Source: a bacterium (GTDB lineage: Bacteria; UBA8248). From it: a DNA stretch of 64,000 nucleotides. The notes under the pieces are model-generated. The model was not told the origin of the DNA. It ran no database searches and saw only the letters and a list, made by a program, of their open reading frames with translations. A program made the position numbers and the translations under genes. The DNA lies in assembly GCA_963692865.2 (NCBI GenBank), contig OY843592.1, forward strand, positions 2,144,001 to 2,208,000. The letters run 5' to 3'. Shown piece after piece: positions 47,971 to 57,897 of the stretch (position 1 is the first letter of the stretch; every line of letters begins with the position of its first letter).

Positions 47971-48735
47971 GTGATAAAACAGTTCAGGATGGACGGCCGC
48001 GTCGCCCTCGTTACGGGCGGCACGTCCGGTATCGGCCTGGCGATTGCGAAGGCGCTTGCGGACGCGGGCGCGAAGGTCGTGGTCGCGGGCCGCTCTCAAG
48101 AGCGAGGTGACGAGGCGCTCGAAGCCTTACGGTCGGATGGCCTCGACGCGCGGTTTCTCTCCTGCGACGTTGGAGACGCAGACTCGGTTTCCGCTCTCAT
48201 CAGAGAGGTGGTTTCCAGCTACGGGGGGCTGAACGTGATGGTGAACAGCGCCGCGATCAACATCGTGAAGCCCGCGCTCGACCACGCGCCCGAGGACGTG
48301 GACGCGCTCCTGGCCTCGAACGTGCGCGGCGCGTTTTTCTGCGCGCAGGAAGCCGCCCGGGTCATGGTCGAGCAGGGCGGGGGAAAGATAGTCCTGCTCA
48401 CCTCCATGGTGGCCGAGCGCGCCGTGCCGAACCAGGCCGTCTACGTCGCCACCAAGGGCGCGGTCGTCTCTCTGACGCGCGCGCTTGCGCTTGAGTGGGC
48501 GCCGCACGGCATCCAGGTGAACGCCCTGGGGCCGCAGCTCACCAGGACGCCGATGACGGGGGGGCTGTTCGCCAACCCCGAGAAGATGGCGGAGGTCCAC
48601 GCCCGAACGCCCGCGGGCCGCGCGGGGGTTCCTGAGGACTTGACGGGCGCGGCGCTTTTCCTGTGCTCGGCGGCTTCTGATTACCTCACCGGACAGCACA
48701 TCGTGGTGGACGGCGGCCGCGGCGCCGCGGGGTGA
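47971..48735 (+). CDS. SDR oxidoreductase
   Basis: TGGTSGIG, YVATK, DYLTGQ.IVVDGG. Confidence 0.93.
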   Translation: MIKQFRMDGRVALVTGGTSGIGLAIAKALADAGAKVVVAGRSQERGDEALEALRSDGLDARFLSCDVGDADSVSALIREVVSSYGGLNVMVNSAAINIVKPALDHAPEDVDALLASNVRGAFFCAQEAARVMVEQGGGKIVLLTSMVAERAVPNQAVYVATKGAVVSLTRALALEWAPHGIQVNALGPQLTRTPMTGGLFANPEKMAEVHARTPAGRAGVPEDLTGAALFLCSAASDYLTGQHIVVDGGRGAAG

Positions 48736-48896
48736 TGTTGGGCGGAAACCGGCAGCCCCCGCGCCTGTCCTTTATGCGGCATCCTGACAAAGGACAACCA
48801 CGGGGGCAGGACAACCCCGAGGAGGGTTTGTCCCTACCATGTCGGCAAGGCACTTGGCCGTTATTTGCGGTTTTGCAGAGAGCCGCGCGTTCTTTT

Positions 48897-49259
48897 TTAG
48901 CTTCCGGCTTTCTTCCCTTCGCCCGAGTGGGGTTGCTTCTTTATTTTCGGGGAGGGGGTGTCGGCTAAATTCTGTTTCACGGAAGGGAGTTTGAGACCGC
49001 GGGCCGCGGGGTTCGCCCATTCTTCTACTTTCGTCATGCGATTCTCGATTCCGGTCATGCGCTCCTCGAGCCTCATCATGCGATTCTCGATTCTTGTCAT
49101 GCGACCTTCCACCTTCGTCATGCGATCTTCGATTCCCTTAAGCCTTTCGTCGACCCTTCCGATCTGCTCGCGGATATCTCCCATTCCGCTGTGGGTCATA
49201 CTGGAGACTATGACAATCGTCAGCACGACGCCCAGAAACCCGATCCACGTGTCTTTCAT
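48897..49259 (-). CDS. Small N-anchored heptad-repeat coiled-coil protein
   Basis: AGGAGG SD, TM segment, repeated (I/V/L)E.RMT. heptads. Confidence 0.75.
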   Translation of the reverse strand: MKDTWIGFLGVVLTIVIVSSMTHSGMGDIREQIGRVDERLKGIEDRMTKVEGRMTRIENRMMRLEERMTGIENRMTKVEEWANPAARGLKLPSVKQNLADTPSPKIKKQPHSGEGKKAGS

Positions 49260-49383
49260 GCGAATCCTCCTTGGGTCCTGGGGTATGTGTCAGCCCTCGC
49301 GCCCGCACTGGCGGGGATCAAGAGAAAATATCGCAATTCGGGCGGCAATGGTCAACAGTCCGTATTTTTGGGGAGGGCGGCTT

Positions 49384-49917
49384 TTATTTCGCGGGCTGCC
49401 ACTCCTCCACGCGCATCAGCACTTCGGTCCGCTCCCAGGGCACCATCCGCTCTTCCAGGATACCCCGTAGTTTCAAGGCCATCTTGCGGACTTTCTTGTT
49501 CTTTGCATGAATAGAGGCCAATAATGTCCACTTATATGCCTCCGCGTCGCTTTTAGGGACACCCCTGCCTTCGGCGTACATGAATCCGAGGTTGAATTGT
49601 GCGCGGGCGTCGCCCTTCTCCGCCTCCTTGCGATACCACTTAATGGCCTCGGGGTAGTTTTTGGGGACGCCCCTACCTTGGGCGCGCATTTCGTGAAAGG
49701 CGATTTGCGCGTAGGTGTTGCCCTTCTCCGCCGCCTTGCGAAGCCACTTGAGGGCTTCTAGGTCGTTTTTGGAGACACCCCCGCCTTGGGCGTACATGAG
49801 TCCGAGGGCAATTTGCGCGCCGGCGTTACCCTTCTCTGCGGCCTTTCGGTACCACTCGGCAGCCTCCGTGTCGCTTTTGGTGACACCCTTGCCTCTGGCG
49901 TATTGGAATCCGAGCAT
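49384..49917 (-). CDS. Sel1-like repeat protein, 5'-truncated
   Basis: About four repeats of AQ..LG.MY..G.GV......A..W.RKAAEKG; begins mid-repeat at the duplication junction. Confidence 0.88.
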   Translation of the reverse strand: MLGFQYARGKGVTKSDTEAAEWYRKAAEKGNAGAQIALGLMYAQGGGVSKNDLEALKWLRKAAEKGNTYAQIAFHEMRAQGRGVPKNYPEAIKWYRKEAEKGDARAQFNLGFMYAEGRGVPKSDAEAYKWTLLASIHAKNKKVRKMALKLRGILEERMVPWERTEVLMRVEEWQPAK

Positions 49918-49921
49918 GAGT

Positions 49922-50027
49922 TGCTCGGCGGCTTCTGATTACCTCACCGGACAGCACATCGTGGTGGACGGCGGCCGCGGCGCCGCGGGGTGATGTTGGG
50001 CGGAAACCGGCAGCCCCTGCGCCTGTC
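49922..50027 (+). repeat. Direct repeat of the SDR 3' end plus downstream sequence (48664-48769)
   Basis: 106 bp, 1 mismatch. Confidence 0.97.
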
Positions 50028-50029
50028 TT

Positions 50030-50365
50030 GGTGAGGGACAACCTCAGAAGTGGTAGGGACAGGTCGCGACCTGTCCCTACAGATTCAAAGGGCATTAAAT
50101 TACTCCCCCCTTGAGGGGGAGTCAGTGAGCTGAGGGCGTTAGCCCGAAAGCGAACTGGTGGGGGGTATAACTAGAAATGCACAATGAAACGCGATCCACC
50201 CCCCACCGCATCAGCCTTCGCACAAACCGCTTGGCTTCTGCGACTCCCCCTCAAGGGGGGAGTGAAATTCAGCGCGCTTCTTCTGTGGATTTTTTCATCG
50301 ACCCCATAAATGCGACCTTTGGCTTGGAACGAAGGGCGGGCCGCATGCTATGCGGCCCCTACAAA
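50030..50365. repeat. REPs plus an uninterrupted CTCCCCCCTTGAGGGGGAG...CTCCCCCTCAAGGGGGGAG element
   Basis: GTAGGGACAGGTCGCGACCTGTCCCTAC; terminal hairpins at about 50103 and 50263. Confidence 0.85.
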
Positions 50366-50395
50366 CAATTCAGTTCGCATCCATCCTCACTACAC

Positions 50396-52165
50396 CTACT
50401 CCCCCTCTTTCGGCGGGATGACGGGCAGGAGCAGGTAGGGGTCGCGCCCGGAGCCTGCGTGCAGGGTGACCTTGTTGTCGAAGACCGCGGGCGGCCTGTC
50501 GTCGGGGTCGTTGTGCGTCATGCCGCCCGTTCCCCTCGTGGAGTAGTGGAACTGCTTGGCGAACTCGTTGGGCTCGCCCGTGTATTCATAATCCTTACCG
50601 CGCACGGTGAGCGCCACCCGCCAGCCGGCGGGCACGACGATGCACGAGGTGACGATCTCCACGTCGCACTCGTACGCCTCGCCCGGCTTGAGCAGCTCCG
50701 CCTTGTCGTGCGGATGGTAGGGCCGGTAGAACGCGCTCTTCTCGGGATCGAGGGCGCGGTGCGAGACGCGCAGCCAGCCGTTCGCAATCGGCGTGTGCGG
50801 GTCGGTGGAGCCCATGAAGGTGAGTTCTTTGCCCTCGGGGTCGAACACGCGGACGATGAGGAAGAGGTCCGCGTCCTCGGTGGATGAGGAGACGAAGAGC
50901 TTTGCCGCCATGGGGCCCGTGATCTCGGTTTCCGCCTCCATCGGGGGCATCCAGAAAGTCACGCCCTCACCCATGCCGTCGTATTCGAGGCTCGCTTCCC
51001 CTGCTGCGGGTTCGGTGCTGAGCGCCTCGTTCTCCAGATCGAGATAGAACTTCGTCCACTGCGTGCGCGCCAGGGGCCATTCGTTCTCGTAGCGGTGGAC
51101 GAACTTCGGCCCCGGGTGGCGGACGTTGAGCGCGACCGGCGGGGTCTTCTCCCAGCCGTTGTCGATCCCTTTCAGGAAATGGTCGAAAAAGCGCTTCTGG
51201 AGGTCCAGCCCGTAGGCGCTGGAGAACAGCGACCAGTGGGAATCGCCGTGGGCTTCGAGCCATTTCTGTTCCGAGGGCGATTCGATGAAGCCGTTGAAGT
51301 TCCCGCGCGGGTGGATGCCCTGTCCGCCCCAGTTGGCGCAGGTGAGGAGCGGGAGCGTTACCTTCGAGAGGTCGGCGGAGCGCTCCCGGTGCCACGGGCC
51401 GTCGAATGGGTGTTTCTTGAGTTCTTCGAAGGCGTTGACGCGGTTCTGGGCGAGTTGCTCTTCCGTGAGCGTGATGGGTCCCGCGGCGGATTCCCCCGTC
51501 ACGGGGTGTTTCCGCGCGTGCTCGCCGCGCCCGTACTGGACGTTCATCACCTGGACTTTCGACCACTGCTCCTGGAACTGGCTCAGGATGCCCCCGTGGT
51601 AGCCCGAATCGCGGTAGGTGTCGTTCCCGCCCTCCCAGGGGATGATGGCGGTAAGGTGGGGCGGCTTCCGGCCCGCGATTCGCCACTGGTTGCGCGCGTA
51701 GTAGGAGATGCCCAGCATCCCCACGTTGCCGTTGCTCCACTCCTGCGCGCCCGCCCACTCGATGCACTCGTAGAGGTCGTCGATCTCACGCGGCGAGTTG
51801 GGCTGCATGAAGCCGGGCGACCAGCCGGCCCCGCGCGAGTCCACGCGGATGCAGACGTAGCCGTGCGGAATCCAGCACTCGGGGTCCGTCACCTCCCAGT
51901 TCTGGTACTTGTTGGTGGACATTTCGAGGATTTCCGGATAATCCGCCACCATCTTGTTCCACTGGTGGTGATAGCCCTCCTGGTAGGCCACCCCCTTGGC
52001 GTAGATGCCGTAGGTCAGGATGACGGGGTATTTCCCCTCTTGGGTGGGCCGGAACACGTCGGCGCGAAGCACGAGGCCGTCGTCCATCTCGATGGGCTGG
52101 TGCCAGGTGATCCGCATTCCGTCGCGGTCCTCGGTGCGCGTGTTGACTCGGGGGGCCTCATTCAT
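50396..52165 (-). CDS. CocE/NonD family hydrolase
   Basis: MDDGLVLRADVFRP, DSRGAG.SPG, GMLGISYY, ANGWLRVSHR. Confidence 0.94.
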   Translation of the reverse strand: MNEAPRVNTRTEDRDGMRITWHQPIEMDDGLVLRADVFRPTQEGKYPVILTYGIYAKGVAYQEGYHHQWNKMVADYPEILEMSTNKYQNWEVTDPECWIPHGYVCIRVDSRGAGWSPGFMQPNSPREIDDLYECIEWAGAQEWSNGNVGMLGISYYARNQWRIAGRKPPHLTAIIPWEGGNDTYRDSGYHGGILSQFQEQWSKVQVMNVQYGRGEHARKHPVTGESAAGPITLTEEQLAQNRVNAFEELKKHPFDGPWHRERSADLSKVTLPLLTCANWGGQGIHPRGNFNGFIESPSEQKWLEAHGDSHWSLFSSAYGLDLQKRFFDHFLKGIDNGWEKTPPVALNVRHPGPKFVHRYENEWPLARTQWTKFYLDLENEALSTEPAAGEASLEYDGMGEGVTFWMPPMEAETEITGPMAAKLFVSSSTEDADLFLIVRVFDPEGKELTFMGSTDPHTPIANGWLRVSHRALDPEKSAFYRPYHPHDKAELLKPGEAYECDVEIVTSCIVVPAGWRVALTVRGKDYEYTGEPNEFAKQFHYSTRGTGGMTHNDPDDRPPAVFDNKVTLHAGSGRDPYLLLPVIPPKEGE

Positions 52166-52279
52166 GCGTGGTTCCTTTCAAATAGGGATTGATATCCTTG
52201 GGTTAACGGCTTCTTCTTGCCGATCAATTCATGAAGAATCCGCCGATGGAATTCATCATTTTCTCTCCAAAACCACTTT

Positions 52280-52480
52280 TCCCTTGAGGAGCTTGTTGAA
52301 AAAGCTGTCCCTCTCGCATCAACCACGTTTTACCCGTAGGTCGGACATATATGTCCGACATATCATGCGACCCGGCCTTTTTTCGCCTCTCCGGCGGCGG
52401 GCCGCATGATATGCGGCCCCTACAAACAAATTGTCTCTCTCCGGCTTTTTCAACAGCCCCCTCAAGGGGGGAGTGATTCT
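52280..52480. mobile_element. REP-carrying MITE
   Basis: GCTTGTTGAAAAA ... TTTTTCAACAGCCCC with GTAGGTCGGACATATATGTCCGAC and GGGCCGCATGATATGCGGCCCCTAC inside. Confidence 0.85.
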
Positions 52481-52533
52481 TCCTCCTTCATCGGTCGTGT
52501 CAAACTCTCGCTCATCGGGCCTGGTCGTCGCGC

Positions 52534-53244
52534 CTAGACGCTCACGGACTCGCCGGGCTCCAGGACGATTATCTCGGGCGAAAGACCTCGCGCCGCGACC
52601 TCTTCCGCGAACTGCCCGGGCGTGCCCGTGAGGATCGGGAAGGTCGAGTGGTGGACCGGCACGACGCGGCTCGCGCCCAGAAGCTCGACGGCGAGGGCCG
52701 CCTCGCGCGGGTCCATCGTGAAGCGGCTGCCGATGGGCAGGAGGCAGAGATCCGGCTGGTACAACTCGCCGATGATCTTCATGTCGCCGAACACGGCGGT
52801 GTCCCCCGCGTGGTAGACACGCTTTCCGTCCTCGAAGGTCATGACGAGGCCCGCCGGTTCGCCCGCGTAGACGCCCGGCTCGTTGAAGCTGGAGCTGTGC
52901 ATGGCGTGGGTTAAAGTCACGCCGATTCCGCCGAAATCCACCGTGCCGCCCTTGCCCATCGCGCCCGCGTGCTCCTCGGCGAAGCCCTCGTTTTGCGCGA
53001 TCAGGTTCACCAGCTCGTAGGGGCCCGCCACCGGGCATCCGCCCTGTCCGTATACGTCCATGACGGCGGCGATGTGGTCGAAGTGGCCGTGGGTCAAGGC
53101 GATCAGGTCCGCCTTCTGCGGGCTTTGGTGGCCCTCGGGGCAGCGCGGGTTCCCCTCCAGCCAGGGGTCGATGTAGAAGGTCTTGCCGCCGCCGGACTGG
53201 CCGACGAAAGTGGAATGTCCCAGATAAGTGAGAGTTGCGCCCAT
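52534..53244 (-). CDS. UPF0173 metal-dependent hydrolase (MBL fold)
   Basis: TYLGHS, IDPWL.GNP, THGHFDH, YHAGDT, LPIG..FTM. Confidence 0.92.
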   Translation of the reverse strand: MGATLTYLGHSTFVGQSGGGKTFYIDPWLEGNPRCPEGHQSPQKADLIALTHGHFDHIAAVMDVYGQGGCPVAGPYELVNLIAQNEGFAEEHAGAMGKGGTVDFGGIGVTLTHAMHSSSFNEPGVYAGEPAGLVMTFEDGKRVYHAGDTAVFGDMKIIGELYQPDLCLLPIGSRFTMDPREAALAVELLGASRVVPVHHSTFPILTGTPGQFAEEVAARGLSPEIIVLEPGESVSV

Positions 53245-53444
53245 GATGATCCTCCGTATCGGTTTTCGGGGTTTCGGCATCCGCCGGAAGCGGCTTCGTC
53301 CGCGGCGTCGGTTTGTGTTCCAATGTCGTGAGAATCGAATGTCCGTTTCGGCGCATTATAGTCCCGATAATCTCCCGGCGAAAGAGTTTCAGGGCGATTC
53401 GCCGCAAGCGCGGCTTGGGGGGTCGGGCATCCCGGAGGGGAGTG

Positions 53445-53800
53445 CTTGATGAAAAAGTCCTTCAGGGGGAAGTGATGCCCCAAAGGGCGCCGTCCAATGC
53501 GGGAGGGTGTTTGTGCTCCTTGCTTTTGATCGTGGCGGGCGTCGATTCCGACCGATGAGGGGTTGTTGAAAAAGACCTGATTTCGTGTTTCGGAAGATGT
53601 AACCGACCGGTATCCGTAGGGACAGGCCTCCGTGCCTGTCCTGCTACGCAAACGTGATGGCATTGTAGGGGCCGCATATCATGCGGCCCGCCTTGTGGAG
53701 GCGAAAATCAGGGTCGCATGATATGTCGGACATATATGTCCGACCTACGGGTAAAACGTGGTTGATGCGAGAGGGATAGGTTTTTCAGCAACCCCTTCAG
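53445..53800. mobile_element. REP-carrying MITE
   Basis: GGGGTTGTTGAAAAA ... TTTTTCAGCAACCCC (about 53558-53795) with three REP types inside. Confidence 0.85.
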
Positions 53801-53824
53801 GGTGAACGCGAGGGGAGGGGAGCC

Positions 53825-54298
53825 GTGAAGGCGAGGCCCATGAGAGTCGAGGACGTGGAGCAGGTGATCGCCATCGAGCGCCTCTCCTTCCCGCTTCCGT
53901 GGTCGGGGGAGAGTTTCATCCGCGAGATTTCAGAGATCGACAATTCCCGCCTCCTGGTCGTGACGGAGGAGCAAGACCGCGCAGGCTCCCCAAAAGACTC
54001 GAAATACGAAGTGATGGGCTACGCCTGCTGGTGGGAGGTGGCGGACGAGTGCCACATCACGAATTTCGCCGTCTCGCCAGACCACAGGCGCAAGGGGGTG
54101 GGCGGTTTCCTGCTGGAGAGGATTCTGGAGGACGCCAGGGCCGGGGGCCTCCTCCGCGCCACTTTGGAGGTGCGCCTCGGCAACGCCGCCGCCATCGCCC
54201 TGTACGAGAAATGGGGGTTCACGGCGGCGGCCATGCGCCCGCGCTACTATCCCGACAACCGCGAAGACGCCCTGGTGATGTGGAAAGAGAAAATTTGA
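53825..54298 (+). CDS. rimI: Ribosomal protein S18 alanine N-acetyltransferase
   Basis: IERLSF..PWS, HITNFAV, LEVRLGN..AIALY, YYPDNREDALVM. Confidence 0.93.
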   Translation: MKARPMRVEDVEQVIAIERLSFPLPWSGESFIREISEIDNSRLLVVTEEQDRAGSPKDSKYEVMGYACWWEVADECHITNFAVSPDHRRKGVGGFLLERILEDARAGGLLRATLEVRLGNAAAIALYEKWGFTAAAMRPRYYPDNREDALVMWKEKI

Positions 54299-54401
54299 AG
54301 CGGCGGTTGAATCCCTGATGACAATCGGGTTGTAATCTGGTACATTCACCGCGTTGCGTCAGGTTCCCAGGCTTTATCCGTCCGTAGAAACCCAAGATTT
54401 C

Positions 54402-55022
54402 ATGATTTCCTTCACCTTTCCCGACATCGTCATCGCCGTTTTCCTGGGCGCGTTCCTGATTCGCGGCTGCGTGCGCGGTTTTTTCAGGGAAACGTTCTCC
54501 GTGGTCGCGCTCGGAATCGCGGTTCTCGTCGCCATGCAGTTCAGCGACCTCGCGCGCTCCTACGCCTCCCATTTCCTCGGCGGGAGCGACCGGCTCGACG
54601 CGCTGGCCAGGCCGCTGGTCTTCTTCGGAACGTGGATTATCGCCCTGCTGTTCTTCCGCATGATGCTCGGCGCCTTGTCGATAGCCAAGCCCGGATTGTT
54701 CTCGCGGCTCGGCGGCGGCCTCATCGGGTGCGCCAAGGCCGCCTTCTTCGTCGGCCTGATTCTGGCGGCGCTCGACGCCCATTCCCCCGGTTTTTCGCCC
54801 GTCGGCGGGGAGCACAGGATTCTGCCCTACATGCGGGAGGTGAGCGCCTACGTCCAGAGGCTCGAAATGGTGGACGTCGGGGAGAGCCTCGACGCCGCCG
54901 GGGAGAAACTCGGCGACAAGCTCGACGCGGCCAAAGAAGGCGCCGGCGCGGTGAAGGAAAAGCTCGAAGGCATGACGGGCGGTGAGAAGGATGAGGGGGA
55001 AGTGAGGGAGCTCAAGAGGTAG
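54402..55022 (+). CDS. CvpA family membrane protein
   Basis: D.VI....G..RGFFRE, RLGGGLIG..K. Confidence 0.85.
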   Translation: MISFTFPDIVIAVFLGAFLIRGCVRGFFRETFSVVALGIAVLVAMQFSDLARSYASHFLGGSDRLDALARPLVFFGTWIIALLFFRMMLGALSIAKPGLFSRLGGGLIGCAKAAFFVGLILAALDAHSPGFSPVGGEHRILPYMREVSAYVQRLEMVDVGESLDAAGEKLGDKLDAAKEGAGAVKEKLEGMTGGEKDEGEVRELKR

Positions 55023-55085
55023 GGGGGAGCGGAAGTCCTCACAGGTTATTTTGATTCTTTCCAAATTTCCCAAAAGAGTTTCATC

Positions 55086-55922
55086 ATGGACTTGGATGAT
55101 CCCAATAAGCCGGAGTTTGCTTCACATAGAAGCTATAATGAGTTCGCCCGACGCGTTCGTCGCGGCCGACGATATGTTTGGGAGAAAGAAGTCCAGGCGT
55201 TCTTGGATACGGTCCTCAAGACTTTGAAGGATCGCGATGTGAACATTAAGAAAGACACCGTGTTTTATCGTGCGCAGCAAGGAGTTGACGACGGGTCATA
55301 TATAGACGAGGACGGCAACGAATTGCCGACACTGTCTGCCTTTGGCCCTGAACGAATGAAACCACTCGCAAACCGCGCCAAGGAAGGGCGAGTCAATCCG
55401 GCGGGCATTCCCGTGCTCTACCTTGCTACTAACGAACAAACGGCCATTTCCGAAGTCAGGCCATGGATAGGAACACCGCTTTCTGTTGCTCAATGTGAGA
55501 TTGTCCGTGATCTGAAAGCTGTCGACTTATCCTTTGGGTATGGCAAACTGTCAATTGGTCACCTGACGCTTAAAGAGCTTGGCGGTGAAAAAGGACTTGA
55601 TGCTAAGAAGAAAGAAAAAGCAGTCTGGATCGATATTGATAACGCATTTTCGCGCCCGGTTACGCCTTCTGAAGATGCAGCATCCTATGCGCCTACGCAA
55701 ATCCTTGCGGAGCTTTTTCAAAATGTCGGCTACGACGCAATCGCCTATCGAAGTCAGTTTGGCGATAAGGGATACAATATCGCTCTTTTCAACTTGGAGG
55801 ATGCGGAGGTTATTACTGCCGCCCCTTATCACGTTACGGACATTGATATGAAATTCGACAAAATAGGTAATGGGTGGTTTTCAACGAAACATTACGATTC
55901 GAAGAAAAAGAAACCGGACTGA
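55086..55922 (+). CDS. RES domain protein (low GC)
   Basis: FYRAQ, EGRVNPAGIPVLYLA, TAISEVRP, YAPTQ..AE, YDAIAYRS. Confidence 0.9.
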   Translation: MDLDDPNKPEFASHRSYNEFARRVRRGRRYVWEKEVQAFLDTVLKTLKDRDVNIKKDTVFYRAQQGVDDGSYIDEDGNELPTLSAFGPERMKPLANRAKEGRVNPAGIPVLYLATNEQTAISEVRPWIGTPLSVAQCEIVRDLKAVDLSFGYGKLSIGHLTLKELGGEKGLDAKKKEKAVWIDIDNAFSRPVTPSEDAASYAPTQILAELFQNVGYDAIAYRSQFGDKGYNIALFNLEDAEVITAAPYHVTDIDMKFDKIGNGWFSTKHYDSKKKKPD

Positions 55923-55999
55923 TACGAGTACGCTTTGAATAGAATAGTACTTCCCTTCAAGAAGTTTTTTTGCACGAGGAAGCGCAATCCCTCCCTCCT

Positions 56000-56332
56000 C
56001 GGGGTTGTTGAAAAACCCCTCTTTTCGCTCGGAATTTACCCCCGCCGACTCGGAAGCGGACTTCGCCCTTGAACGGTATTGCCAACTGACGAGAGAGAAG
56101 ATATCCACTCCCCCCTTGAGGGGGAGTCGAAGAGGCCGAGCCCTTGGGCGAAGGCCGATTCGGTGGGGGGTAAAACGCGTCTATAGTCAAACCGAATTAT
56201 ACCCCCCACCGAATCGCTTGCGGGCTTGCGCCCTTAGCTCTTCGTCGGACATCCCGATGAGGAGATGTCCGACCCTCAAGGGGGGAGTGAAATTCAGCGC
56301 GCTCGTTTTTGGGACTTTTTCAACAACCCCCC
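56000..56332. repeat. MITE ends surrounding a CCCCTTGAGGGG hairpin element
   Basis: GGGGTTGTTGAAAAA at about 56001, TTTTTCAACAACCCC at about 56316. Confidence 0.8.
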
Positions 56333-56352
56333 TCGGTCGGGATTGACCCCTT

Positions 56353-56760
56353 TCAACACCCCATCACCCGCACATGCCCTTGCTCGCCGTATTCGAGCAG
56401 GTGGGCGTCGCGCGTCACCAGTGTGTAGCCGAACGCCCGCGCCGTTGCGAGGAGAATGCGGTCGGCGGGGTCGGCGGGAGGATTTCCGGGAAGAGCGGCA
56501 GAGGCGATCAGCACCGAGGGTGGCATTCCGGCGAGCGCAACTTCCAGTCGGTCGCAGAAGTCCTCGAACCAAACTTCGGGACTCATGGCGAGCGAGATTT
56601 TTCCCTTCGTCGCGAGGTTGGCGATTTCCCATGCGCTGATCGGGGAGACGAAAATATCTCCTTCGCGCGCTTTGGGCAGTTCGCTCGCTGCGGGTTCTCG
56701 CAGGCGCGCGCCTTCCGCAATCCAGATCACCGCACAGGTATCAAGGAGAATAGCAGGCAT
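56353..56760 (-). CDS. PIN-domain VapC toxin
   Basis: ILLDTCAVIW, SPISAWEI, DPADRILLATA, LVTRD. Confidence 0.93.
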   Translation of the reverse strand: MPAILLDTCAVIWIAEGARLREPAASELPKAREGDIFVSPISAWEIANLATKGKISLAMSPEVWFEDFCDRLEVALAGMPPSVLIASAALPGNPPADPADRILLATARAFGYTLVTRDAHLLEYGEQGHVRVMGC

Positions 56761-56766
56761 CGCGGT

Positions 56767-57174
56767 CTATCGCGCGGCGTCCCATTCCACATCGACCGGG
56801 GAGGTCAAGTCCGTGCCCTGATGGATCGTCACCGTTCCCTGGAGCGCGCCGTAGATGCGTGAGAAATAAGCGACGTCGCCTCCGTTCGGGGTTTCTCGCT
56901 CGTCGCTCGCCTCGGGTGTTAGCTCGCTCTCTGAGGATTTTCGAAATACAAGTTTGCGGCCCGACATATCCACGTTCGCCGTCTTGTAGCCCGCATCGAG
57001 CCAAGCGTGGGTGATGACGCTGTTCGTGGGATTGTTCGACCACCACGCGCGGTACTTGAAGGCCGAGGGCGGCAGCTTCACTCCTATGATACGTTCGATT
57101 TTATCGAACGAGAGGGGAACGGACGCCTGCCCGGATGCGCGCAGGTGAGTCGTCAGGGGTGCGTATTTGGACAT
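56767..57174 (-). CDS. Putative antitoxin upstream of vapC
   Basis: MSKYAPL..., LSF..IE.IIG..LP.SA...RAWWSN domain fused to a VapB-like tail YGALQGTV....DLTSP...EWDA. Confidence 0.7.
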   Translation of the reverse strand: MSKYAPLTTHLRASGQASVPLSFDKIERIIGVKLPPSAFKYRAWWSNNPTNSVITHAWLDAGYKTANVDMSGRKLVFRKSSESELTPEASDERETPNGGDVAYFSRIYGALQGTVTIHQGTDLTSPVDVEWDAAR

Positions 57175-57278
57175 GAGAACACTCCAAATAGTTAGTGTTG
57201 ATTGATTTAGTAATAAAACAACATATTTGTCAAGAGAAAACATCCGCCGGTTCAGATGAAGGATTGTCTTCAGCAAGA

Positions 57279-57353
57279 CTACAGGGATGTTGCCAATGTT
57301 TTCGTTGATTTGTTCAGGTATCGAACGAGGACGTTCGCCCCAAGCGAGATCAC
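57279..57353 (-). pseudogene. Truncated PIN toxin stub
   Basis: GTG overlapping the AbrB stop; VISLGANVLVRYL resembles the VapC start MIALDTNVLVRYL, then stops after 24 codons. Confidence 0.75.
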
Positions 57354-57583
57354 TCCTCGCACGCCCCGGCAGCAACCGCGCACTCCATCTCTTCGAGCGT
57401 TTTTGGGGGGCCTTCGTATTCGAGCGCGCCGGACAGCCGGGCGAGGGGCCGCATCGGGATGATGCGCACCTCATCGCCGAGGATGAGGTAGCGCACTTTA
57501 TCTCCGGGCTTCACGCCAAGGGCTTCGCGTACGGGCTTGGGGAGCGTCGTCCGGCCCTTCGAGGAAATCTTGGATTCGACCAT
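57350..57583 (-). CDS. AbrB/MazE family antitoxin
   Basis: SKISSKGRTTLPKPVREALGVKPGD. Confidence 0.9.
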   Translation of the reverse strand: MVESKISSKGRTTLPKPVREALGVKPGDKVRYLILGDEVRIIPMRPLARLSGALEYEGPPKTLEEMECAVAAGACEE

Positions 57584-57662
57584 CTGATAATCTCCCTTCA
57601 TTCCTTGCGAATCAGAATCAAGCCTTAGCATCATAGCAAGGAATAAGGTTTTTCGGATTGTA

Positions 57663-57727
57663 TTTCAACACCCCACCGCCCGCGCATGACCTCGCTCGCC
57701 GTATTCGAGGGGGCGTTCGTCGCGCGG
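57663..57727 (-). pseudogene. Duplicate of the vapC 3' tail
   Basis: TTTCAACACCCCA..CCCGCGCATG.CC..GCTCGCCGTATTCGAG matches 56351-56398. Confidence 0.8.
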
Positions 57728-57897
57728 CGTTCAGCCGGTATCCATGGCGTTTATATTGAATTTAGCCGGTTTATAAATTCCATATAATTTTTCTAACAAA
57801 CGCATAATCCCTTTTCGCTTGACCGGAAAGGCAACCATTCTATATTTTATGATGGTTTTAACCAACATATATCTTGTATGTGATGGATAATAACAAC

